Source: Phormidium sp. (GTDB lineage Bacteria; Cyanobacteriota; Cyanobacteriia; Cyanobacteriales; Aerosakkonemataceae). From it: DNA of 64,000 nt. Within the stretch, counting starts at the first letter, position 1. Each line of letters begins with the position of its first letter. The stretch spans positions 416,001 to 480,000 of the forward strand of contig CP143273.1 in assembly GCA_051013385.1 (NCBI GenBank), written 5' to 3'. The position numbers and the translations under genes are program-made. Positions 1 to 10,929 of the stretch are shown piece after piece. The notes under the pieces were generated by a model. The model did no database searches and was not told the DNA's origin. It worked only from the letters and a program-made list of their open reading frames with translations.

Positions 1-792
1 CAAGCTGCCGCAGTTTTGGGTCAACGAGTATTGCTGGTAGATGCAGATTTACGCATTCCCAAGCTTCATCAACGCTTGGAGTTAGACAACTCTTTTGGTC
101 TTAGCACCTTAATTGCTTCCGATAATTTGGACTTGGAGATGGTGGTGCAAACTTCCTACCTCGACAGTAATCTGTCTATTCTAACTGCCGGACAGGTTCC
201 CCCTGATTCCACCAAATTACTGTCTTCCAAAAAGATGCAGGCTTTAATGCAGAAGTTTGAAGAAACTTACGACCTGATTATTTACGATATGCCCCCATTT
301 GGGTTAGCAGATGTGAAAATACTAGCTCCCAGAGTCGATGGCATCATAATGGTAGTTGGACTCAATAAAACCAAAGTTTCTTTACTAACTAAGACCTTAG
401 AAGACATCAAATCTTCAGCTATCAGTGTTTTGGGAATTATTGCCAATGGCTCAAAAGAGCAAGATTCTTCAATGGATTCGTACAATCATTATTATGGTTC
501 TTCTTGCCAAACTCCGGTTTTTTCCCTGGATTCACCAAATGAAAGTCTGACTCACAATCTAGACAAGTCTAAACATGAAGCTGAGATAGATACTCTATCG
601 ATCGGTAAGATAGAAATTACCCAGTCCAGAGAAAATAATTGTCCCAAACACCAAAAACTTTCCCTGCGATCGCATCTTTTATCACTCAAAGTCCCGGCGC
701 TTAAACTTCCACACAATCTGGCTACTATCAAGCAAGACATCGGAATTGATAATCCATCCATCAGCAACATAGAAATAGCAACCCAGATGTAA
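1..792 (+). CDS. C-terminal part of a polysaccharide co-polymerase/tyrosine autokinase (Wzc/GumC-like); 5' end lies outside the window
   Basis: BY-kinase motifs RVLLVDADLRIP and YDLIIYDMPP, Tyr cluster SYNHYY; frame is open from the window start. Confidence 0.88.
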   Translation, partial: QAAAVLGQRVLLVDADLRIPKLHQRLELDNSFGLSTLIASDNLDLEMVVQTSYLDSNLSILTAGQVPPDSTKLLSSKKMQALMQKFEETYDLIIYDMPPFGLADVKILAPRVDGIIMVVGLNKTKVSLLTKTLEDIKSSAISVLGIIANGSKEQDSSMDSYNHYYGSSCQTPVFSLDSPNESLTHNLDKSKHEAEIDTLSIGKIEITQSRENNCPKHQKLSLRSHLLSLKVPALKLPHNLATIKQDIGIDNPSISNIEIATQM

Positions 793-1140
793 TTAACTCA
801 AATAAGACAGAAATTATTGAATTTGTAGCCAAAGTATGGGAACCTAAGATAAGAGTAAAACATTTCAACTCTAGACAAGTTTCATTGTCAAATAAAAAAC
901 AATACTCGTTCACCGATATCGCATATCATCTGAATATCGATTCAGATTCATTATTAGCGCTAAAGGCAAGTTTTTGGCCCAAGCGGATTTGTGAGGAAAT
1001 GTTTATTGATTGCCGATAGAATTTCCCTAGAAATCAATACAGATTATTGTTATTTTGGGAGCAGGTAATTTTCTCTTTTTAAATGAAAAGCAAACCCAAA
1101 ATAATCGCTCTTGCCTGTACTTAAGTTGAGTGTATCTACG

Positions 1141-1878
1141 ATGGAAGTACTAATTGTTCTGGTATTAATTGGGATTGTTTGGATGATCAGCCCTAAGCGT
1201 TGGCGAAAAAGATTTCTGCTTCCCTTCTCTGTGATGCTGGTGTTTTGTCTGGCAATTATGTCCCCTTGGGGAGTAGATTTAGCAACTCAAGGATTAATGG
1301 TAAACTTGCCGCCGGATAATGGAGAGTCTGTCCAAGCACTTGTAGTGTTAGGGCGTGGCGATGACCTGCGGCAAAGACGGGTCGAAAAGGTGGAAAAGCT
1401 TTGGCAACAGCAGCGTTCATCTAGAGTATTTGCCAGCGGGATGCTCGATGCTGAGTTCATGATGGAACAGTTTGAAACAAATGGGATTCCCAAAACAGCC
1501 TTGAGTGGGGAACGCTGTTCTCAGTCTACAGAGGAAAATGCACTGTTCTCATCAGCAGTGCTGTACCCGGAGAAAGTGCAGAAGATTCTCCTGATTACTG
1601 ATGCGCCGCACATGATGCGATCGGTATTATCGTTTCGCTCGGTAGGATTTGACGTTCTTTCTTACCCGGTATCTCTTCCCGAACACTGGTCTACCCGACA
1701 TAAATTGTTTGTGGTGGTGCGAGAATACCTGGGACTACTGAAATACGCATTTAGCGATCGATTTCGGCAACGGACTGTGGAAGAACTGCAAAATCCTCCA
1801 GCAGATGTAACTCGTAAGCTAGTGGAGTGGAATTGTAAATTGCCCAGAGTCGAGCAAATGCTCGATCGGGATGAATAA
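1141..1878 (+). CDS. YdcF/ElyC family (DUF218) membrane-anchored protein
   Basis: N-terminal TM segments, ALVVLG, S.STEENA and LLITDAPHMMRS motifs; ATG at 1141 preferred over TTG at 1111. Confidence 0.85.
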   Translation: MEVLIVLVLIGIVWMISPKRWRKRFLLPFSVMLVFCLAIMSPWGVDLATQGLMVNLPPDNGESVQALVVLGRGDDLRQRRVEKVEKLWQQQRSSRVFASGMLDAEFMMEQFETNGIPKTALSGERCSQSTEENALFSSAVLYPEKVQKILLITDAPHMMRSVLSFRSVGFDVLSYPVSLPEHWSTRHKLFVVVREYLGLLKYAFSDRFRQRTVEELQNPPADVTRKLVEWNCKLPRVEQMLDRDE

Positions 1879-2171
1879 GTAAGTATTACGGCAATTTGCT
1901 TCAGCAACACTTTACAAAGAATCTCTTAGGTTTGAAGATTCCATAAAGATCGAGTAGTTGGTTGCAGAAAATAGAGGCAATGACCAAGCTCTAATATTAA
2001 ACTCAAATAGTCCGGGTGAATACTGCAAGCAATACAAAAGTTAGCTTTCCAGCGAAACATTACCGAGTTTTTTGTAGGTAAGTTACTAAAAGTAAAATTG
2101 ATGCAGAAGCACTTCCGGGAAACCTAGTAAATACTGAGAAACTTAAGACGGTTTATTAATACAGAAGACCT

Positions 2172-3809
2172 ATGATAATTGACACTCGATCGCTACCACC
2201 CGATGAAGTTCTCGAAACGCAAGTTTGTATTGTTGGTGCTGGCCCTGCTGGAATTACCTTAGCCTTAGAGTTGGCTAACCAAAATTTTTCAGTTTGTTTG
2301 GTAGAAAGTGGCGGATTTGACTACGATCGAGAGACTCAATCCCTGTTAGAAGGAGTAGTCGTTGGCGATCCCTATCCCCAGTTACATGAAGGTCGTCGCC
2401 GTCAGTTTGGCGGCGCTTCTCATTGGTGGGGAGCACCCAACAGTCACAAAGATGCTGGCTTTCGCTGTATACCCCTCGATCCGATCGACTTTGAACAACG
2501 AGATTGGCTACCCTACAGCGGTTGGGCAATTAAGAGAACCGATCTCGACCCTTATTATGAACGGGCGCACCGACTTTGTAAAATTGGCCCCTATACCTAC
2601 GAGCCTGAAGATTGGGAAGATAAACGCGCCGTGCGGTTGCCTTTTGAGAGCGATCGCATGACCACCCGCATCAGTCAATTTGGTTCTAAGACTCCCTTTA
2701 CCGAAGAGTATCGCGAAACAATAAAGCAGTCAAAAAATATCACAACCCTGCTTTATGCCAATGTGGTAGAACTGGAAACTGACGAAAGTACCCAAGCAGT
2801 AACTCGCCTCCGCATTGCTTGTCTACCCAACAAACAAGTTTGGCTGAAAGCAAAAATAGTAATTTTAGCTACCGGGGGATTGGAAAACGCCCGATTATTA
2901 TTAGCATCAAATCGCCAACAGCCAGCAGGACTGGGCAACCAAAACGATGTAGTGGGTCGGTATTTTATGGATCGACCGATTATTAGTATTAGGTTAATTC
3001 CTTCCGATCGCAAATTGTTTGATTTAACTGCCTTATACGACATCTATAACGTTAAAGGTGTGCCGATTATGGGCTGGTTGAAATTGACCGAAGAAGTGAT
3101 TCGTCGGGAACAGTTGGTAAATAACGGCGCACAACTATTTCCCAGACCTTTAGCCCACCAAAGAGAAGCGGCTTTGGCTTTGCGATCGCTAGTAAAATCG
3201 CTTCGTAACGGCAAATCTTTAGAGGATTTAGCCAAAAATCTCAGCGTAGCTTTAAAAGGAGCAGATTACATTGCCGTAGCAGGTTTTTGGTCTGCGGTTC
3301 GCCAGTTACCATCCTTACAACGTGGCGATTGGTCTTACTTGCCCTACGAAAAACGGCGGTTCTCGGAATTTGAAATATTTTACCAAATGGAGCAAGCTCC
3401 CGATCCCAACAACCGAGTGATGCTCAGTTCAGAACGCGATCGCTTGGGTCAACCAAAAACCGAAGTCCGCTGGCGCTTGAATCGATTTGATATTGATAAC
3501 GCTAGAAGAGTTCAAGAAATTTGGGCTCAAGAATTTGCCAAAGCTGGATACGGAGAGTTACAGTTCGCCAAGGAAGGGGAACCGCTGAAATTTGAAAAAG
3601 AAGCAATGTATCATCACATGGGCACAACTCGGATGCACGTTAATCCTAAGCAAGGTGTGGTAGATGCGAACTGTCAGGTTCATGGTGTCCCGAATTTGTT
3701 CATTGCTAGTTGCTCGGTCTTCCCGACAGCGGGCTATTCCAACCCAACTCTGACTATCCTGGCACTGTCCATCCGAGTGGCAGATCGTGTTAAGACATTG
3801 ATGAAATGA
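2172..3809 (+). CDS. GMC family FAD-dependent oxidoreductase
   Basis: IVGAGPAG Rossmann motif, HHMGTTRM, GVVDANCQVHG, SNPTLTI. Confidence 0.92.
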   Translation: MIIDTRSLPPDEVLETQVCIVGAGPAGITLALELANQNFSVCLVESGGFDYDRETQSLLEGVVVGDPYPQLHEGRRRQFGGASHWWGAPNSHKDAGFRCIPLDPIDFEQRDWLPYSGWAIKRTDLDPYYERAHRLCKIGPYTYEPEDWEDKRAVRLPFESDRMTTRISQFGSKTPFTEEYRETIKQSKNITTLLYANVVELETDESTQAVTRLRIACLPNKQVWLKAKIVILATGGLENARLLLASNRQQPAGLGNQNDVVGRYFMDRPIISIRLIPSDRKLFDLTALYDIYNVKGVPIMGWLKLTEEVIRREQLVNNGAQLFPRPLAHQREAALALRSLVKSLRNGKSLEDLAKNLSVALKGADYIAVAGFWSAVRQLPSLQRGDWSYLPYEKRRFSEFEIFYQMEQAPDPNNRVMLSSERDRLGQPKTEVRWRLNRFDIDNARRVQEIWAQEFAKAGYGELQFAKEGEPLKFEKEAMYHHMGTTRMHVNPKQGVVDANCQVHGVPNLFIASCSVFPTAGYSNPTLTILALSIRVADRVKTLMK

Positions 3810-4190
3810 GTTTAAAGGAATCTCGGAAAACGATTTGGGGGCGATCGATCGAACTCTTTCACCGCGACTTGATGAAAGTATAGGCGATCGATCCACACTT
3901 AAGTAAATAAAAGCAACCCTCAAAAATTTTTTCCATATCCCAGAAACCCGGTTTCTCGTTCTCACTCATCAGCCCAAATCGAGGAATTACGTTCTGGCTT
4001 CTCCGGTGAGTTTATGCAACTGTAAAGATAATGTCAAGATTGTACAAAGATAATCCGTAGAATCGACATTACTTATGTCAATGTGATATTGTTTAATGGA
4101 GAGTAATAAATATTAACACCTAGAACAATATTTGTAGTTAATTCACAGGAAAAAGCTCCAAAACAAGTTAATTAAAAAGCAAACTACTGG

Positions 4191-5075
4191 ATGGTAAAAA
4201 TGGGACAGTTTAGTCATTACATTCTTACAAAGTTCAATGTTAGAAATTTCCCAGATCTTAGACCGGGTTGTGACCCAGCTTGGTTAGAGAGGAGATTTAA
4301 ACTATTCGATCAATATTGTTTCCCATCTGTCTCCAATCAATCCAACCAAAACTTTCAATGGTTGGTTTTTTTTGATGTAGATACTCCTGAGCCATTCAAA
4401 CAAAAGATTTCGGAATACGCTAACAAGTGGAAGAACTTCGTTCCAGTATACCTAGATAGCCCATTCCCTTATGGTCAATTTACTGATGAAGTAAGAGCAG
4501 TTGTTCGCAAATACATTCCCGCCGACTGCGAATACCTAATCACAACCTGGCTAGATAATGATGATGCTATCCACAAAGATTATGTCCAAATGATTCAGGA
4601 CAACTTCAATCAGCAGGAATGTGAAACTGTTAACTTCTTCTTTGGCTACCAGCTGGCGGAAGGTAAGCTTTACTTTGATTTTGAACTGGCAAGTCACTTC
4701 ATTAGCTTGATAGAAAAATACAATCCTGATTCATTCAATACAGTTCATAGTAGACCACACAAAGAATTATATGAAGTGTGTAAATCTGCGAAGAAGGTAT
4801 TCTGTAAACCAGCCTGGATCGAAGTGGTTCATGGTACCAATTACATGAATCTTTATCGGAAAGGTTTTCGAGTGCCAACGGGAAAGATATTGGAGAATTT
4901 TTCCATCAAAACAGAGCAGCCGAAAGATGGCGAAAAAACCATCCCGTTTTTGCTGGAACAAGCAAAAATTTCGATTTTCTTTCCTTATTACTTCCTGAGA
5001 AAAGTGTTTCTCAGAATCAAACATAAGCAACTCACTGAGTTAGCAATGAGTCGCTTCGCAGTGAAAAGTTATTAA
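4191..5075 (+). CDS. Putative glycosyltransferase (rhamnosyltransferase-like, GT-A)
   Basis: LTKFN, WLERRFKLFDQYCFPSV.NQ.NQNFQWLVFFD and TTWLDNDD motifs. Confidence 0.75.
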   Translation: MVKMGQFSHYILTKFNVRNFPDLRPGCDPAWLERRFKLFDQYCFPSVSNQSNQNFQWLVFFDVDTPEPFKQKISEYANKWKNFVPVYLDSPFPYGQFTDEVRAVVRKYIPADCEYLITTWLDNDDAIHKDYVQMIQDNFNQQECETVNFFFGYQLAEGKLYFDFELASHFISLIEKYNPDSFNTVHSRPHKELYEVCKSAKKVFCKPAWIEVVHGTNYMNLYRKGFRVPTGKILENFSIKTEQPKDGEKTIPFLLEQAKISIFFPYYFLRKVFLRIKHKQLTELAMSRFAVKSY

Positions 5076-5085
5076 TGGGACTGGG

Positions 5086-5113
5086 GTAGGGGCGATTGAG
5101 GAATCGCCCCTAC
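5086..5113. repeat. GTAG-type REP-like palindrome
   Basis: GTAGGGGCGATT-gagg-AATCGCCCCTAC, perfect 12-bp arms. Confidence 0.8.
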
Positions 5114-5173
5114 GATTGGGGAAGATTTTCCCCAATGGCAAATGACAAACAACTAAAGACAAATGGGAAAATT

Positions 5174-6298
5174 ATGAAAATTCTGATTACTGGCGGAGCA
5201 GGTTTTATTGGCAAGTGGCTAATTGAAAAAATGCCATCGGATGTGGAAGTTGTGATCGTTGACTCTCTGGATGAACAAGTTCATCGGAGATCTAAGGATT
5301 TTGCACCTGAGTTGTTAGCTCGTGCTAAATGTATCAAAGCAGATGTTCAAGATATCGCGGAACACAAAGAGGCGATCGAAGGAACAGATGTAGTGATTCA
5401 CTTGGCGGCTCAAACTGGCACAGGTCAATCAATGTATGAAATCAGTAGATATGTACAACAGAATGCAAATGGGACTGCAAAGCTGTTAGAACTGATTTCC
5501 AGCCTAGAACACAAACCGCGCCGAATTGTAGTGTCCTCCAGTCGAGCAGTTTACGGGGATGGCGCTTACACTGATGGTAAATCGATTCTTTATTCCCAAG
5601 GGCGACGAGTAGAAGATTTGCAAAACGGCATTTGGGAAGTTTGCGGGGCTGATGGTCAGCCGTTAAAATCTTTACCAATGCACGAAAGTCACCTGACTAA
5701 ACCGACTTCTGTATATGGTTTCACCAAACTTTGGCAGGAACAATTACTGCAAGTTTACTGCGAGAGTCAGGGGATTGATTTAGTAACTTTGAGATTTCAA
5801 AATGTGTATGGGCCCAAGCAAGAATTAGGCAATCCTTACACGGGAATTATTGGTATTTTTACAAATGCGATCGTCCAAGGAAACCGTCTGGAACTTTTTG
5901 AAGATGGTAAGGTAACGCGAGATTTCGTGTTTGTCGGCGATATTGCTGATGCTGTGATCGAATGTGCTACTTACGAGAAACCCCTGAACGCGATCCTAAA
6001 TGTTGGTAGCGGTGTAGCGGTAACTTTAGTAGAAGTTGTAGAAACGATCGCGGAAGTAATAGGCAAAAAAGCAGAGTATACTATTTCTGGTCGGTTCAGA
6101 GTCGGAGATGTACGCCATGCGATCGCAGATATGGAAAAATACAAAACTACCTTGGGACACTGGACACCCACATCCCTGAAAGAGGGAATTTCCCAATACT
6201 TGAAATGGTACTTGAATCAGGAACCATTGGAACAAGCTACTCTAGAAGCATCCCTGCGCGAAATGGAGCAAAAGGGTCTGTTGTTAGCGAAGAAATAA
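5174..6298 (+). CDS. NAD-dependent epimerase/dehydratase (extended SDR)
   Basis: MKILITGGAGFIG, SSRAVYG, YGFTK (YxxxK), LRFQNVYGP; start could be 5135 instead. Confidence 0.92.
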   Translation: MKILITGGAGFIGKWLIEKMPSDVEVVIVDSLDEQVHRRSKDFAPELLARAKCIKADVQDIAEHKEAIEGTDVVIHLAAQTGTGQSMYEISRYVQQNANGTAKLLELISSLEHKPRRIVVSSSRAVYGDGAYTDGKSILYSQGRRVEDLQNGIWEVCGADGQPLKSLPMHESHLTKPTSVYGFTKLWQEQLLQVYCESQGIDLVTLRFQNVYGPKQELGNPYTGIIGIFTNAIVQGNRLELFEDGKVTRDFVFVGDIADAVIECATYEKPLNAILNVGSGVAVTLVEVVETIAEVIGKKAEYTISGRFRVGDVRHAIADMEKYKTTLGHWTPTSLKEGISQYLKWYLNQEPLEQATLEASLREMEQKGLLLAKK

Positions 6299-6309
6299 CC
6301 GATCGGCCC

Positions 6310-6355
6310 TTGGTCATTAGTCATTTGCCAATGACCAATGACCAATGACCAATGA
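6310..6355. repeat. Heptameric short tandem repeat (CCAATGA x4) with a partial inverted copy
   Basis: CCAATGA four times at 6328-6355, preceded by TTGGTCATTAGTCATT. Confidence 0.8.
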
Positions 6356-6372
6356 GCAAGTAACCCACAAAC

Positions 6373-7614
6373 ATGGACATTTTACATTTAAGTACATCTG
6401 ATATTGATAACGGAGGGGCAAGGGCGGCTTATCGGCTGCACGATGGATTGCGATCGATCGGTTGCAACTCTAAAATGTTGGTACGCGCCAAATTCGGTAC
6501 CGATCCAACCGTGCTGACTGAGGGATCGCCCCTTACCAAGCTAAGTCCTCCCATATCAGGAATCCCATTGCGGTTTTACCCAAAGTGTAACTCTTCAATG
6601 TTCTCCACCCAATGGTTTCCTGATGTCCTCCATAAGAGAGTTAGCCAGTTCAATCCAGATATTGTTAATTTGCACTGGGTTTGTAATGGCTATCTGCAAA
6701 TAGAATCACTGGCTAAATTTAGTCAACCCCTAGTGTGGACTCTACATGATATGTGGCCGTTCACAGGCGGATGTGACTATATCCGGGACTGTGAAAAATA
6801 CAAGGACTCCTGTGGTGCTTGTCCGCAGTTGCAGAGTGGTCGAGCGGCAGATTTATCCCGTTGGGTGTGGCAGCGGAAAGCTAAATCCTGGCAAAAGGCT
6901 AATCTAACCATTGTGGCAACAACCTCATGGATGGCTGATTGTGCGCGTTCTAGCTCATTATTCAAAAACCGTCGGATCGAAGTGATTCCTTTAGGTTTGG
7001 ATACTGAGAAATACAAACCAATCAATCGGCAAATTGCACGGGAATTATTGAATCTTCACCAAGATAAACAAATAGTTCTCTTTGGTGCAATTATTTCTAC
7101 AAACGATCCGAGAAAAGGATTTCAACTTTTACTTCCAGCATTGCAAAGACTTAGTACCTCTGGCTGGGCAGATCAGATAGAACTGGTGGTTTTTGGTTCC
7201 TCAAGGCCGGAAAAAGCGATCGACTTAGGGTTTAATACTCATTACCTGGGGCGCATTCATGATGACCTTTCCCTGGCCTTGATTTATTCAGCCGCAGATG
7301 TGATGGTCGTTCCATCAGTACAAGAAGCCTTCGGTCAAACTGCTTCCGAGGCGCTTTCCTGTGGAACTCCGGTAGTGGCTTTTGATGGGACTGGATTGAA
7401 AGATATCGTTGACCATCAACAAAATGGCTATCTAGCCACTCCCTTTGAAGTTGACGATTTAGCAAAAGGCATTGCTTGGGTACTCGAAGACAGAGAACGT
7501 CAACAAAAGTTACGGTTTGAGGCTAGACAAAAAAGTTTGCGAGAATTCGCCAAGGAAGTCCAAGCTCGTCGCCATCTCTCGCTGTACGAAGAAATCCAGA
7601 AATCATCAACTTGA
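6373..7614 (+). CDS. Glycosyltransferase family 4 (WcaC-like)
   Basis: GGARAAYRLH, VWTLHDMWPFTGGC, EAFGQTASEALSCGTPVV. Confidence 0.92.
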   Translation: MDILHLSTSDIDNGGARAAYRLHDGLRSIGCNSKMLVRAKFGTDPTVLTEGSPLTKLSPPISGIPLRFYPKCNSSMFSTQWFPDVLHKRVSQFNPDIVNLHWVCNGYLQIESLAKFSQPLVWTLHDMWPFTGGCDYIRDCEKYKDSCGACPQLQSGRAADLSRWVWQRKAKSWQKANLTIVATTSWMADCARSSSLFKNRRIEVIPLGLDTEKYKPINRQIARELLNLHQDKQIVLFGAIISTNDPRKGFQLLLPALQRLSTSGWADQIELVVFGSSRPEKAIDLGFNTHYLGRIHDDLSLALIYSAADVMVVPSVQEAFGQTASEALSCGTPVVAFDGTGLKDIVDHQQNGYLATPFEVDDLAKGIAWVLEDRERQQKLRFEARQKSLREFAKEVQARRHLSLYEEIQKSST

Positions 7615-7730
7615 TCGCACTTCTATCTTGCCCAATTACTCGGCAGGAATTCAGTAATGTGAGAAAATGTAAACGTTTCGAGGTAGAAGAATTTAACTAA
7701 CTGGTTCACGTTGCAAGCAGGAAAGAATCA

Positions 7731-9545
7731 ATGAACTATTTGTCAAGGTTTTTATACGTTATCTCTGCGAAAAAATTTGAACTTATACTGCTACTATTTG
7801 CTTTCCTCACAGTTTCACTTATGGATGCTCTGGGGATTGGATTAGTTGGACCATTTATGGGCTTGGCAACGAATCCGACACTGATTTATAAAAATGTCTT
7901 TCTAGCCAACACCTACAGAGCTTTAGGATTAAAAAGTACCAGTCAGTTTATCGGATTATTGGGACTAACAATCGTCGTCATTTTTTACTTAAAATCTTTC
8001 TTTTATTACCAAATTCAGCGCTATGTATTTAAATTTTGCTTTACACAACAGGTGAAGCTCCGTCTCAGACTGCTGCACACTTATCTATTCCTGCCCTATA
8101 CGTTTCATCTCAAAACCAACTCGGCTAATTTGATTCAAAATATTATTAATGAATCGCAAAATTTTAGCTATTCAGTAGCAATTCCGCTGCTAGGTTCGAT
8201 ATCGAATCTTTTTGTTTTGGTGGTTCTGGTTTTGTTACTGATGAAAACAGACTTTGCAGCTACCGTAACTGTAATCGGAATTCTATTAGGTACTTACCTA
8301 CCATTCCACTTATTCAGGCACAAAATTGTTCGCTGGGGTAAGGAAGGCGTGGAAGCAAACACAGAAATGCTACGGATCGTGAATCACGCGATCGGGGGAT
8401 TGAAAGAAACGCGAGTGATTGGCTGCGAGGAATTTTTTGAGGATCAGTTACGCGGTCAGGTAAATAGGTTTGCCAGAGTCGCTACACTGTTTCACGTATT
8501 TCAAATACTGCCAAAAATTACCATTGAAGCTCTGTTAATTACCTTTGTTGTTGGTTTGGTTTCAGTTTCCCTGTTGTTTGAGCAACGCTCACAAAACTTG
8601 GTTTCGGTTTTAGGGATTTTTGCCATCGCCTCAATTCGCCTCTTACCTTCAGCAAGTCAACTTATGTCCAATATGGGTGTGCTGCGAAACTTCAAGCCCA
8701 CCCTGGATCGACTGTATATGGATTTGAAAGAAATTGAAAAGCCAGAATCAGTTAACTATTTAAAGATATCCCAGGGTTTTATTCCCAGTAAAGGGGTGAA
8801 GTTCGATCGCCAAAAAGCTATCAAACCCATGGCAATGGCCTTTACGGATAAAATCGTTATCGATAAAATTAATTATTCCTATCCAGAAGCTTCCACAAAG
8901 TCCCTGACCGATATTTCCTTGACTCTGAAAAAGGGCGAATCGATCGCATTAATTGGTAAATCTGGCGCAGGAAAAACCACGCTGGTGGATGTTTTCTTAG
9001 GATTGTTAATTCCCCAGTTGGGCGATATTCAGGTAGATGGCGTGTCGGTATATAGTTCATTGCGTTCTTGGCAGAATTTGATCGGTTACATTCCCCAAAC
9101 AATTTTTCTGACAGATGACACGATCGAACGAAATATTGCATTTGGGGTGCCAGACGCTCAAATCGATATTGAAAGGTTAGATCAGGCAATTCGATCGGCC
9201 CAACTAGGAGATTTAATTGCCCAATTACCTGAAGGTACGCAAACTATGGTTGGCGAACATGGCGTTCGTCTTTCGGGAGGACAGCGCCAGAGAATTGGCA
9301 TCGCTCGTGCTTTGTATCATGAACGCGAGATCCTGGTTTTAGATGAAGCGACTTCTGCTCTAGACAACGAAACAGAAAACTTGATCAGCAAAGCTATTCA
9401 AGATTTGAGTGGCACGAAGACAATGATCATTATCGCTCACCGATTGACAACGGTTGAACATTGCGATCGGATTTATGAAATGCAGAAAGGCCAAATTATT
9501 AAATGTGGCAGCTATCAAGAAGTTGTGTTAGCACAGAACGTCTAA
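7731..9545 (+). CDS. ABC transporter permease/ATP-binding fusion (HepA/PglK-like glycan exporter)
   Basis: N-terminal TM domain, GKSGAGKT Walker A, LSGGQRQR signature, LVLDEATSALD. Confidence 0.93.
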   Translation: MNYLSRFLYVISAKKFELILLLFAFLTVSLMDALGIGLVGPFMGLATNPTLIYKNVFLANTYRALGLKSTSQFIGLLGLTIVVIFYLKSFFYYQIQRYVFKFCFTQQVKLRLRLLHTYLFLPYTFHLKTNSANLIQNIINESQNFSYSVAIPLLGSISNLFVLVVLVLLLMKTDFAATVTVIGILLGTYLPFHLFRHKIVRWGKEGVEANTEMLRIVNHAIGGLKETRVIGCEEFFEDQLRGQVNRFARVATLFHVFQILPKITIEALLITFVVGLVSVSLLFEQRSQNLVSVLGIFAIASIRLLPSASQLMSNMGVLRNFKPTLDRLYMDLKEIEKPESVNYLKISQGFIPSKGVKFDRQKAIKPMAMAFTDKIVIDKINYSYPEASTKSLTDISLTLKKGESIALIGKSGAGKTTLVDVFLGLLIPQLGDIQVDGVSVYSSLRSWQNLIGYIPQTIFLTDDTIERNIAFGVPDAQIDIERLDQAIRSAQLGDLIAQLPEGTQTMVGEHGVRLSGGQRQRIGIARALYHEREILVLDEATSALDNETENLISKAIQDLSGTKTMIIIAHRLTTVEHCDRIYEMQKGQIIKCGSYQEVVLAQNV

Positions 9546-9932
9546 TTCTTTGACGATCGTTCTTGGCTCGATCGGATTTTATGGTTGGAAGTGCGATCGA
9601 GTTTTATCAACAGGTGGCGTGCTATTTTGGCAGTAATTGTCGGATTTTTTGTGATTCTACTAATTCAGACTTATTGGGGGCAAGACTAGACGTTATCGCC
9701 ATTGTAGGATGCTGGGACTGTTGATTCTGGTTTATGCTACTACTTGTGGTGATAAAGCAAGCTTATAATCTACCTGCATCAAGGTTTTCAGCCTTCATTT
9801 TCCAGCTAAAATGTATCAGCCACTACTTTTTACCCCAAACATCCGGGAGAGCCAGAAAGGTTAGTATTAATGGGTTATTTGACTAAAGTTTCAGACTTGG
9901 TTCCTTGAGTCGGAACTGCATCACAGCATAGA

Positions 9933-10241
9933 TTACTCGGCGCTACATCTGAACAATAGTGCTGTCCACAAATTTGCCGGATCGGAGTAGTAGTCGATCG
10001 CTTCTACGCGGTAGCGAATGCGCTCTTCGGTAAGTAGAATAAAATCTCTAGGATTGATCCCTTTGCCACAGCCAGTCATCTGCCCTCTCCTGGCATCAAG
10101 TTCTTCAAACTCATAATTAACACTCTTGATTTGTTTAGTGAAGTTATGAGTTCTAGACTTGGGAGAAGCGGGCGAGACTTGAGCAAAAAGTTTATCGAAA
10201 AAGTTCAACTCTGCTACTTGACGTTCTAGGTTGGTAAACAT
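9933..10241 (-). CDS. Hypothetical protein (102 aa)
   Basis: ATG start with upstream GGAG/GGA, natural composition, fills an otherwise intergenic gap. Confidence 0.65.
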   Translation of the reverse strand: MFTNLERQVAELNFFDKLFAQVSPASPKSRTHNFTKQIKSVNYEFEELDARRGQMTGCGKGINPRDFILLTEERIRYRVEAIDYYSDPANLWTALLFRCSAE

Positions 10242-10929
10242 AATCCTTCCAGGACTCCTTTAATAAATAAACTATTGGAAACCGCAAAAATTAAGCTAGT
10301 AAACTTAGTAAGGCTTAACACTTTGGCATAAGTACAATATTTCAATGCCTATACCTAAAATATACAATTAACTAAGCAAATCTCTATCAGTATATACAAC
10401 TAACTTAGTCAAGCTTTGTCAGTCAATCATCTCTCTATTGATATAAGTGCAAGTCGAACCTTCAACAGTTGTAATTGTTGTCGTCCATAGGGCTTTAGTC
10501 GCAGATTATACAAACAAAACTACCGAGGCAAGTTCGGCGGGAATCCGTACAGGTGGATTGAGGAAAAAACTTCCTTCTAAAGAAAACTTCTGCTGTCTAT
10601 AGTGAGTCAGTTGTACCGGAAAACACCGCTAATCTTGTTAGTACCTGCGTCAAAACTATATTTAACAATCACTTTGAGGGAACTTCCGGGTTTCTACGCT
10701 GTAACTGTACTGAGAGTAGTTGTTGCTGTAAATACAAGCACTCTTCAAAAGAATTTTATAAACAAGCAAAATTTATGAATTTTGGATAAAGATATTGGTG
10801 AAGATCTAGTATTTTTACAGAGGAATCAAATAAGATTTGATTTAACAGCTTCTAGAGAGTTTGACAAAATCACGTAAGTAAAGCTGCTACGGTTTCAACT
10901 TCTCAAGACGGAAAATACGAATTAAATAT

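Noticed and set aside
9550..9780. Hydrophobic coding-like fragments after the ABC transporter (e.g. WRAILAVIVGFFVILLIQ)
   Set aside because: Stops in all + strand frames and no recognisable family; may be a decayed gene but cannot be supported
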